Shown one piece after another: positions 25,770 to 32,626 of a stretch of DNA of 32,626 bases. The notes under the pieces are model-generated. The model was not told the origin of the DNA, made no database searches, and was given only the letters and a program-made list of their open reading frames with translations. This DNA comes from a virus. Lineage: Duplodnaviria; Caudoviricetes. How positions within the stretch are numbered: the first letter of the stretch is position 1; the number at the start of each line of letters is the position of its first letter. Made by a program: the position numbers and the translations under genes. The stretch covers positions 1 to 32,626 of the IMG/VR virus record IMGVR_UViG_3300042518_001123. One strand, written 5' to 3'.

Positions 25770-26085
25770 TAGCGAGATCCTCGCCAGATGGCTGGCGGGC
25801 GAATCGGTGCAGGGTATCGCCGACCGCGCCGGGCTGACGCGCCAGCGCATCGCCCAGCGCGTCCTGCGGGCCGCGGCGCGATCGGGCGACGACTGGGACC
25901 AGATGCTCGCCACACGCGCTGTGCGGCGCGAGGATCGCCGCAGGACCGTCACGGCAGACCAGCTGCGCGCCATGCTGGTGCTGCACACTGCCGGCCTGAG
26001 CCAGCGCCAGATCGCCGAGATCGTCGGCGTCAATCGGGCGACGGTGCGCAAGGCTGTCGAAAAAAATCTACCCAGCGATGCTTGA
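25762..26085 (+). CDS. Double HTH DNA-binding protein, ~107 aa
   Basis: GESVQGIADRAGLTRQRI and GLSQRQIAEIVGVNRATV; RBS GGAGG. Confidence 0.8.
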   Translation: MDDSEILARWLAGESVQGIADRAGLTRQRIAQRVLRAAARSGDDWDQMLATRAVRREDRRRTVTADQLRAMLVLHTAGLSQRQIAEIVGVNRATVRKAVEKNLPSDA

Positions 26086-26476
26086 CGTTGACGACCTCGG
26101 CAGCTGGGCGCTCACGCCGTACCGGCGCGTGCGCCCAGTGCGCCGCGTGCCGACCGATCCGGCAGCACTCGCCGCCATCGCCAGCTACGTGGCTGGCGGC
26201 GAGACCTACGCGGCAGCCTCGAGGCACTTCGACCTGGGCTACGACCAGATCCGCGCCATCTGCCGAGCCGCTGGCGTAGCCAGCGACCAGGCACAGCGTA
26301 CCGGTCGCCTCGGCGAGGCAGTGCGGCGCCGCATCGCCAGCGCCCTGCTGGCAGGCCAGTCGGTGTCGGCAGTGGCCCGCGCCACCGGTGTCGGCACCGG
26401 TACGGTCTACAAAATCCGGCAGAATCTCAGGGATTCTGGAAAACTCGTCGAAAAATGCCCCAAAAAAGCCCCCTAA
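26078..26476 (+). CDS. Double HTH DNA-binding protein, 132 aa
   Basis: GETYAAASRHFDLGYDQI and GQSVSAVARATGVGTGTVYKI. Confidence 0.78.
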   Translation: MLDVDDLGSWALTPYRRVRPVRRVPTDPAALAAIASYVAGGETYAAASRHFDLGYDQIRAICRAAGVASDQAQRTGRLGEAVRRRIASALLAGQSVSAVARATGVGTGTVYKIRQNLRDSGKLVEKCPKKAP

Positions 26477-26510
26477 ACCCCTTGACAGTACTGTGCCAGT
26501 CTGGTATAGT
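26451..26510 (+). promoter_or_regulatory. Strong sigma70-type promoter with phased upstream A-tracts
   Basis: TTGACA (26482-87)-N17-TATAGT (26505-10) with TG extension; palindrome ACAGTACTGT overlaps the -35. Confidence 0.88.
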
Positions 26511-26561
26511 TCTGGTGTCGGCGGGAAACAGAGCCCCCCGCGACAGCAGGAGACACCGACC

Positions 26562-26804
26562 ATGCAGTTCACGAACGCAGTCGCCTACCACGCAGCCGCC
26601 CAGATCCTGATCGCCGAGCGTGACGAGTGCCTGGCAGCGATCGAGCGGGCCAATCGCATGTACGACGCTGCCATCGCCCCGGCTCGCGACGGCGACGACT
26701 CGATCCAGCGCGCCTACCTGCAGGACGGCTGCATCCGGATGATCCGCCGCGCCACTCGCGCGCTGCACGACGTCGAGGCCCAGCTTCGCGCGATGGACGA
26801 GTGA
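26562..26804 (+). CDS. Array cassette gene 1, hypothetical helical protein, 80 aa
   Basis: RBS CAGGAGACACCGACC-ATG; its stop codon begins repeat 1. Confidence 0.8.
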   Translation: MQFTNAVAYHAAAQILIAERDECLAAIERANRMYDAAIAPARDGDDSIQRAYLQDGCIRMIRRATRALHDVEAQLRAMDE

Positions 26805-26871
26805 CACCGACGACGACGACCGGGCGCCGCTGTGGCGCCCGGCACTGACCAGACAGGAGACACCAGCCATG
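26802..26871 (+). repeat. Intergenic cassette repeat 1 (stop-hairpin-RBS-start)
   Basis: TGACACCGACGACGACGA-CCGGGCGCC-GCTGT-GGCGCCCGG-CACTGACCAGACAGGAGACACCAGCC-ATG. Confidence 0.95.
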
Positions 26872-27240
26872 ACGAACGCAACCGCAACCGCCATCGCCAC
26901 CGCCCGCCTGACCTTCGCCATCGACATGCTGGAAGAGTGGCTCGGCTTCGCCAGCGACGCTACCAACGACGGCGACCGCGCCGAGTACCTGGTGAAGGCA
27001 GGCAGCTGGCGCGCACAGGTTGCCGAGCTGCGCGCATCGGTGCCGCCGACGTGCCGCGCCTACCGCCGCGCGACCGAGGTCCTGATCGCTGCCGCCCACG
27101 ACGATGTGCAGCGCGCGTACAACGACCTCGACGATGCGTGCAACACCGCGATCGAGGATCCTGACCTGGTCGACCTGCTGGACCAGCGCCTGACCGACGC
27201 CCGCGCCCGCCTCGAGCAGCTGATTGCCGCCACGATCTGA
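26869..27240 (+). CDS. Array cassette gene 2, hypothetical helical protein, 123 aa
   Basis: Start and stop codons both supplied by the flanking repeats. Confidence 0.85.
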   Translation: MTNATATAIATARLTFAIDMLEEWLGFASDATNDGDRAEYLVKAGSWRAQVAELRASVPPTCRAYRRATEVLIAAAHDDVQRAYNDLDDACNTAIEDPDLVDLLDQRLTDARARLEQLIAATI

Positions 27241-27307
27241 CACCGACGACGATGACCGGGCGCCGCTGTGGCGCCCGGCACTGACCAGACAGGAGACACC
27301 AGCCATG
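27238..27307 (+). repeat. Intergenic cassette repeat 2
   Basis: One mismatch to repeat 1 over 70 bp. Confidence 0.95.
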
Positions 27308-27868
27308 ACGACTCGCACGATCACCTCCGCAACCGCAATCGCCGCCGCCGCCGCCCTGACCACCGCTCAGCGCCAGCGCCAGCTGCTGGCCAACCACATC
27401 GCCTACTGGACGTCGAAAAACTCGGAGTTCGCCAGCGACGAGGTCCGCGTGTACACGCGGAAGGCCATCGAGCTCGACGCGCAGATCGCCGAGCTCGAGA
27501 TCGCCGCCGCCGCCGAGCCGTTCTGCGCCGACGATGTGTGGCTGACGCCGGACGCCATCGAGTGGCTGTACCTGCAGGCCAGCGCTGCCTGTGGGCGCGA
27601 GCATCTGGACCCGGCGCATCTGCGCTCGGATGCCGGCTACGGGCAGACGCACGCCAGCACGCATGCCGCACTGCTGTGGCAGCAGCTGCGCGGCGAGGCC
27701 ATCGCGCTGCCGACGATCCAGCAGCGCCACAGCGCCGCACAGGCGCGGCTGGCGGCGGCGGAGGCGGCGTACGAGGCATCGGACGAGGCGTCCACGTGGG
27801 GCGCGTACCTGGAGGCACGCGGACAGGCCATCGTCTGGCAGGACGCGCTGCTCAGCCTCGGGTTCTGA
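27305..27868 (+). CDS. Array cassette gene 3, hypothetical protein, 187 aa
   Basis: Start MTTRTI at the repeat 2 ATG; stop in repeat 3. Confidence 0.85.
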   Translation: MTTRTITSATAIAAAAALTTAQRQRQLLANHIAYWTSKNSEFASDEVRVYTRKAIELDAQIAELEIAAAAEPFCADDVWLTPDAIEWLYLQASAACGREHLDPAHLRSDAGYGQTHASTHAALLWQQLRGEAIALPTIQQRHSAAQARLAAAEAAYEASDEASTWGAYLEARGQAIVWQDALLSLGF

Positions 27869-27932
27869 CATCGACGACGATGACCGGGCGCCGCTGTGGC
27901 GCCCGGCACTGACCAGACAGGAGACGACGATG
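27866..27932 (+). repeat. Intergenic cassette repeat 3
   Basis: Same hairpin and RBS; differs at one 5' base and in the RBS-ATG spacer. Confidence 0.95.
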
Positions 27933-28346
27933 AGCTACCGCAAGCACCACGACGAGGACATGATGATCGCCGCAGCCAGCGCCGCACGCCGCACGCAGAT
28001 CGTGCCGGACCACTGCCTGATCGGGCGCGTCACCGTGACGCGCTGGGCGCCGTTCGATGACGCCAGCGCCAACGGGCTGGCGGTGTCGGTCCTCGCCACG
28101 GCGCTGGGCGTCGTCCCCGGCAGCGACCGCTGGGAGACCGTCCTGATGGAGCTGCCGAAGCTGCGCTTGGCGTGGATCAAGACGATGCTGCTCGAGCGCT
28201 GGGGCGCACTCGGCTGGCAGCAGCGCCGGCAGGGCCACATCCGTCAGGTGTCGATCAACCTGCCGGACAGGGAGGCCCGGGCGCTGTACGAGGCACTGCT
28301 CGCCGTCAACCTCGACTGGCGCGTCGAATTGTTCGTGCGCGAGTGA
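27930..28346 (+). CDS. Array cassette gene 4, hypothetical protein, 138 aa
   Basis: Start MSYRKHH at the repeat 3 ATG. Confidence 0.8.
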   Translation: MSYRKHHDEDMMIAAASAARRTQIVPDHCLIGRVTVTRWAPFDDASANGLAVSVLATALGVVPGSDRWETVLMELPKLRLAWIKTMLLERWGALGWQQRRQGHIRQVSINLPDREARALYEALLAVNLDWRVELFVRE

Positions 28347-28409
28347 CAACGATGCCCACCAGACGCGCCAGGAACGTTCCTGGCGCGTCGTTGTATGGAG
28401 ACTGCCATG
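28344..28409 (+). repeat. Degenerate fourth repeat containing a perfect 28-bp palindrome
   Basis: TGACAACGATG...ACCAGAC...GGAGAC..GCCATG frame retained; GACGCGCCAGGAAC|GTTCCTGGCGCGTC at 28362-28389. Confidence 0.7.
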
Positions 28410-29060
28410 ACACTGCGCATCGACATTGCCGATCCCGCCATGAAGGGCTGGTGCAATCGGCAGATCGTGGCGCACCACTACCTGCACCAGCACGTACACG
28501 TGCTCTGCCGTCCACTGCACTACGTGGTGTGGCTGGGCGACGATCCGGTCGGTACGCTGATCGTGTCCAGCCTCGAGGCCACACGCTGCTACGATCCCAG
28601 CAGCCGCCTGACCTACGGCAGTGTCGACGACGTGGCCCGCGGCCGTGCGATGTGCACCAGGCACCAGCTCATCAACCTGGCGCGTGTGTGGCTGCATCCG
28701 CGCGTACAGCGCGATGGCGCCGACTACGTGCATCACGCTGCCTCGACCGTCGTGCGCGCGCTGCATGCGCGTGTGCACTACGACTGGCTGGTGCATCGTC
28801 CGCCAGTGGACGTGACCGAGCCATATGTTTTGCGGTCGCTGGTGTCGTACTGCGACACACGACTCCACAACGGCTGGCTGTACGTGGCGTCGCGGTTCCG
28901 GCTGGCGCGCACCAACGCGCAGGGCGTTCAGACCTACGTGCGCGCGCTGCCGCCACTGACGCCAGCGCAGGACGCGCATGTGCGCGCCATGAGCCTGACC
29001 GATGCTCGAGCTCGACGCATCCGCGCATCGCGCGCGGTTCGACAGGAGGTGCTACTGTGA
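28407..29060 (+). CDS. Mom-like / DUF4338-related GNAT-fold putative DNA-modification protein, 217 aa
   Basis: HHYL, INLARVW and LVSYCDTRLHNGWLYVASRF match the Mom-type pattern HY...L.R.....S..D...H.G..Y.A..F, recognised from memory. Confidence 0.6.
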   Translation: MTLRIDIADPAMKGWCNRQIVAHHYLHQHVHVLCRPLHYVVWLGDDPVGTLIVSSLEATRCYDPSSRLTYGSVDDVARGRAMCTRHQLINLARVWLHPRVQRDGADYVHHAASTVVRALHARVHYDWLVHRPPVDVTEPYVLRSLVSYCDTRLHNGWLYVASRFRLARTNAQGVQTYVRALPPLTPAQDAHVRAMSLTDARARRIRASRAVRQEVLL

Positions 29061-29398
29061 TATCCCTTGAGCCACCACCGGCCCACGTGCAGACGCTGGA
29101 GGCCGTGGACGTCTGGTGGACACTGGCGCTCGCCGGGCGCGCTGCCGAGTATCCGTGCCTCGCCGAGATCATCGCACGCGAGAGCGGCTGGAACCGCAAC
29201 GCCGTCGGCGACAACGGCGCCAGCGTCGGCTTGGGCCAGCGCCACGTGCCGACGCACGGCGCGCCGCCACGGCCGTGGCTCGTGCCCGACCAGACTCGAT
29301 GGATGATGGCGTACGCCGAGGTTAGGTACGGCGGCATCTGTGCGGCGTGGGCCGCGTGGCAGCAGAACCGGCTCCGCTACGGCTGGGGCTGGTGGTAG
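29057..29398 (+). CDS. Lytic transglycosylase-like (lysozyme-fold) protein, 113 aa
   Basis: IIARESGWN catalytic Glu motif, GLGQ, Y...RYG..C.AW; GTGA coupling and RBS AGGAGG. Confidence 0.75.
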   Translation: MISLEPPPAHVQTLEAVDVWWTLALAGRAAEYPCLAEIIARESGWNRNAVGDNGASVGLGQRHVPTHGAPPRPWLVPDQTRWMMAYAEVRYGGICAAWAAWQQNRLRYGWGWW

Positions 29399-29406
29399 GA
29401 GAAACC

Positions 29407-29886
29407 ATGATCACCGAGACACACATTCGGGGAATCCTGACGCATCTGCCGCAGTACGTCACACTGCGCACCGCACCGACCGACGCCCAGGCTTTAATCG
29501 GCGCCATCCAGCGCCGCGACGAGATGATGGCGCTGCTGTGGCGCGGCTCTCGCGCCACGCAGGCGCACTACAGCACCTATGTGTGGAGCGTCGGCTCGAT
29601 GACCTGGCGGCTCACGACCAACCATCGCCGCATCAATCCGGACGACCTCACCGAGTGGCTGATCGAGGTCCTGCTGTCGAAGCAAACCGCCTACGGCCCA
29701 CAGAACGCGCGCCGCTACGGCGTGGCCGGCATCGTCATCCGCATGAGCGACAAGGTGCAGCGACTGCAAGCACTGCACGGACGCTTGGACTCAGGCTACG
29801 CGTTCGAGGAGGCGTACGACGACACGCTCGACGATCTGCTGGGCTACACCGTGCTCGGCCTGCACATGATCGGGGGTACGGCGTGA
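29407..29886 (+). CDS. DUF1599 / nucleotide-modification-associated domain protein, 159 aa
   Basis: KQTAYG, RMSDKVQRL and E...DTLDDLLGY pattern; RBS AGGAG. Confidence 0.7.
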   Translation: MITETHIRGILTHLPQYVTLRTAPTDAQALIGAIQRRDEMMALLWRGSRATQAHYSTYVWSVGSMTWRLTTNHRRINPDDLTEWLIEVLLSKQTAYGPQNARRYGVAGIVIRMSDKVQRLQALHGRLDSGYAFEEAYDDTLDDLLGYTVLGLHMIGGTA

Positions 29887-30272
29887 TCGACATCATCAAC
29901 CCCACCGAGGATCAGGAGCAGTCCACGGTGGTCGACTGGGCGAACCGCACCAGCGGCATCGATCCGCGACGCGGCCTGCTGCTGCACGTGCCGAACGGTG
30001 GCGCCAGGAGCCCAGCCACCGGCGCGCGGATGCGCCGGCTCGGCGTGCGCCCAGGCGTGCCAGATCTGCTGCTGCCGGTCGCCGTCATGCCGTACCACGC
30101 GCTGTGGATCGAGATGAAGCGGAGGCGCGGGGGATCGTTGTCGCCGGAGCAGCGCGCGTGGATCGGCGCCCTGCGCTACGAGGGCTGTGCTGTCGTCGTG
30201 GCGCGTGGTGCCGAGGAAGCGATCGAAGCGATCGAGCTGTATCTCGCCGGGAGGTTGGTATGCCTTCGGTGA
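29883..30272 (+). CDS. VRR-NUC domain nuclease, 129 aa
   Basis: HVPNGG, GVRPGVPDL, IEMK, LSPEQRAW. Confidence 0.88.
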   Translation: MIDIINPTEDQEQSTVVDWANRTSGIDPRRGLLLHVPNGGARSPATGARMRRLGVRPGVPDLLLPVAVMPYHALWIEMKRRRGGSLSPEQRAWIGALRYEGCAVVVARGAEEAIEAIELYLAGRLVCLR

Positions 30273-31399
30273 GACCTCCGAAACCCCCGCGCACGTGCAG
30301 GCTGTGCGGCACGCAGTACCCGCAGCAGCGCGCGCCGCGGTACATCTGCCCGGCGTGTCATGACGCAATCCGCGACGCTGGCGGCTTGTTCTGCACGATC
30401 TGCCTGCGGATCCGATCGCGAGTCCACGCAGGAGGGCACTCCTGGTGCGGACCGTGCTCGGTCACGAAGCGCGCCGACTACGTCGAGAAAACGCCGCACA
30501 CGTGCGTCCTGTGCGGTGCGCAATACCCGCGCGACAAGACCTCGCGGCACATCTGCCCGACGTGCCAGCTCGAGATCCACAGCGCCGGGAATCTGTTCTG
30601 TGTGGCGTGCCACCAGACATTCCTGTGCAATCGCACCAAGGTGCGCGACCACACGTGCCCGCCATGCCGCCGCGCACGCTCGGCGCAAGTCCGCGCCGAA
30701 CGCAAGCGCATCGTGCTCCGGCAGACGACCGAGGAGCGGAACGAGATCGCCATCGCGCTGGACAGCGGCATGACCGTTACGGAGACGGCGCGCATGCTCG
30801 ACATCAAGCGGACGCGCGTCGTGTCGGCGATCGACGCAGGCTGGGCGCGGCCCGCTATCGAGCGATCGCTGCGCCATCGTCGGCACAGCCACTGGATGCA
30901 CAGTGGCGAGATCTGCGAAGCTCTGGGATGGACGAAGTACCACTGGAAAACCCGGCGCCAGTACCTGCCGCTGACTCCGTATGGCACGCGCTGGGACGCC
31001 AGCACGCGGCAACACGTGACAGCTATCTATATCATTGAAGGGGAGGAGTTGTACGATTGGTGCGCGGATCGCACGTCGTGGATGTTGTGGCAGCTCGAGG
31101 ACTGCTCGCCCGACTGGCAGCGCACGCTGGCGGTGTCACGGCCGCCCGGCAGCATTGACTGGATCTACGCTGGGCAGGCTGCCCAGATGATCGGACTGAC
31201 GCGGCAAGCGCTGTATCCGTGGTACCGCCACGCCACCATGCCACTGAGCATGGTGAGCCGCATCAGCAAGCAATGGATCTGGCCGCCAGACCTCGTGGTG
31301 TGGTGCAAGCGTCGCGGCTTCGCCGTACCGGCAGAGCTGCGCGCGCGAGCTGAACCGAAGCCGCCGCCAGGCGCACAGCTTCGACGCGCAGCACGCTGA
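30260..31399 (+). CDS. Multi-Zn-ribbon plus multi-HTH protein, 379 aa; candidate late regulator
   Basis: Eight CxxC pairs in two duplicated blocks, then HTH-like segments GMTVTETARMLDIKRTRV, GEICEALGW and AAQMIGLTRQALYPW; RBS GGAGG. Confidence 0.7.
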   Translation: MPSVRPPKPPRTCRLCGTQYPQQRAPRYICPACHDAIRDAGGLFCTICLRIRSRVHAGGHSWCGPCSVTKRADYVEKTPHTCVLCGAQYPRDKTSRHICPTCQLEIHSAGNLFCVACHQTFLCNRTKVRDHTCPPCRRARSAQVRAERKRIVLRQTTEERNEIAIALDSGMTVTETARMLDIKRTRVVSAIDAGWARPAIERSLRHRRHSHWMHSGEICEALGWTKYHWKTRRQYLPLTPYGTRWDASTRQHVTAIYIIEGEELYDWCADRTSWMLWQLEDCSPDWQRTLAVSRPPGSIDWIYAGQAAQMIGLTRQALYPWYRHATMPLSMVSRISKQWIWPPDLVVWCKRRGFAVPAELRARAEPKPPPGAQLRRAAR

Positions 31400-31402
31400 T
31401 CC

Positions 31403-32626
31403 CTATCGGCCCACCACGTCCTCGAGGCGTGGTGGTGCTTTTTCCGGCACGATGTCCATGCGATCGGCGATGGCATCGTACCGCGTCTCGATGACGCGGA
31501 ACGTGCGCTTTCGGGTTAGCTCGTCGACGCCGATAAACGGGATGTTCGTGATTTCGACTGCATCGCCGCCTCGCACGCGATACGACTCGACGATGTTGCC
31601 GAACTGGATGACGCGTGCCGGCGTGAATCGAATCTCCGGCAGCGGAGTTGCCAGGTACTTGAGCTGCGATTCGATCGGCGTGGTGTTGCTCTCACTGGTG
31701 CTACTGGATAGATCGATGTACTGCTGTCGTGTCAGGTTTGCTAGATTGATGCTGTTGGCGTCAGTTTGTGCTGCGCTACGGACGATCGCGTTATTGACGG
31801 TGGTTACGCTGTACACGCTGTTGTAGAGGTCGGTGTTCATGCGATCCATGGTCAGGCTGTCGACGTGTACCTGCCATGTGGTCTGCACAGCCGTGGCGGG
31901 ACGCATGTACACGACACGCTGCTGATCAACGCCCCACTCGAGCAGGGTATCGCCGTTGCCCTTGCTAGCGATGCTGTCGAGAATGTCGCCGGGACGCTGG
32001 TCGGCATAGATGATGGTCGACCACACTGGCACGACATCGGTCGGAACGACCTCGAGGCGCGCGCTGGATGTGATGATCTGATCCGCGTTGATCTCATCGA
32101 TCGATGCGATCATGTCGCGGATCACTGCGCGGTCGTCGGCGTCCGGTGTGGTCAGTCCGGTATCGAGCGTGCCGATGCGCGTCAGTGTGGGCAGGATACG
32201 CACGTAGTAGTCGTCGGTGCTGCCGACCGTGACGTTCGTTGTCGGCACGATCCCCACGCGGATCGCAGTCACACCGAGCGACGACGACCAGGCATCGGCG
32301 ATCGTCGTGGACGGCGACGACGATGGGCCCGTAATGGTGCTGATCGTTGTCTCGGCCGACGTGGTCGTCGCGGCTCGTGTGACGGTGATCGTGATGCCAG
32401 CTGGGATATCGTAGTCGAGCTCGATTGATATCTCCGTGATCGAACGTCGGGAGCGGCTGGGCGTGGTGTAGAGGACTCGACCGAGCATGTTCGTGGTGTA
32501 TCGACGCGGCTGCATCGTGATCGTGATGGCATCGAGTGATTGCAGCACGTTGTACAGATCGGCGCGGTTGGGCGTTGATCCGCTGAGCGGTAGCCAGCGC
32601 GACAGCTCGACATCCTGCCACAGTGC
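31403..32626 (-). CDS. 3' part of tail-tip/baseplate hub (Tal-like) protein, continuing from 442-1
   Basis: Frame is open across the terminal repeat. DLYNSVY, VRGGDAVEI and FRVIETRYD resemble tail-hub C-termini. Last gene of the late operon. Confidence 0.72.
   Translation of the reverse strand, partial: ALWQDVELSRWLPLSGSTPNRADLYNVLQSLDAITITMQPRRYTTNMLGRVLYTTPSRSRRSITEISIELDYDIPAGITITVTRAATTTSAETTISTITGPSSSPSTTIADAWSSSLGVTAIRVGIVPTTNVTVGSTDDYYVRILPTLTRIGTLDTGLTTPDADDRAVIRDMIASIDEINADQIITSSARLEVVPTDVVPVWSTIIYADQRPGDILDSIASKGNGDTLLEWGVDQQRVVYMRPATAVQTTWQVHVDSLTMDRMNTDLYNSVYSVTTVNNAIVRSAAQTDANSINLANLTRQQYIDLSSSTSESNTTPIESQLKYLATPLPEIRFTPARVIQFGNIVESYRVRGGDAVEITNIPFIGVDELTRKRTFRVIETRYDAIADRMDIVPEKAPPRLEDVVGR
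32500..32626. repeat. Terminal direct repeat, right copy
   Basis: Identical to 1-127. Confidence 0.95.

Noticed and set aside
26802-27932. CRISPR array or integron attC interpretation of the hairpin repeats
   Set aside because: The spacers are whole ORFs of several hundred bp, the repeats are ~70 bp and contain an RBS, and I found no cas gene, integron integrase or attC core sites.
1-32626. Frequent GATC/CGATCG words as a HIP1-like host signature
   Set aside because: Could arise from ATC/GAT/GAC codon usage in a GC-rich genome; needs a computed observed/expected ratio that I cannot run.

Overview
The window is an apparently complete, circular, GC-rich (roughly 65% by eye) tailed-phage genome of 32,499 bp; bases 1-127 repeat exactly at 32500-32626. 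The architecture is siphovirus-like. The minus strand carries a late operon: amidase endolysin, two holin-like genes, TerS, TerL, an inserted ThyX plus dCMP deaminase, portal, MuF-like protein, a multidomain prohead protease, HK97-type capsid, neck genes, tail tube, a frameshifted tail chaperone, tape measure, a Dit-like gene and a hub-like gene spanning the origin. Upstream on the same strand are an RHH regulator and an AEP primase-polymerase/helicase with an internal iteron-like repeat field. The plus strand carries early genes: an SSB-like protein, a beta sliding clamp and HTH proteins. A near-consensus sigma70 promoter then drives an array of small, mutually mosaic genes separated by ~70-bp stop-hairpin-RBS-start repeats, followed by Mom-like, transglycosylase-like, DUF1599-like, VRR-NUC and Zn-ribbon/HTH genes. 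I recognised no integrase, CI-like repressor, Par system, tRNA, CRISPR array or reverse transcriptase. The most notable signals are the repeat-delimited gene-cassette array, a recurrent A-tract+CCCAGCGATGC motif, thyX flanked by a 13-bp direct repeat, and a possible DNA-modification gene set. All protein calls come from motif recognition and synteny, not database searches.
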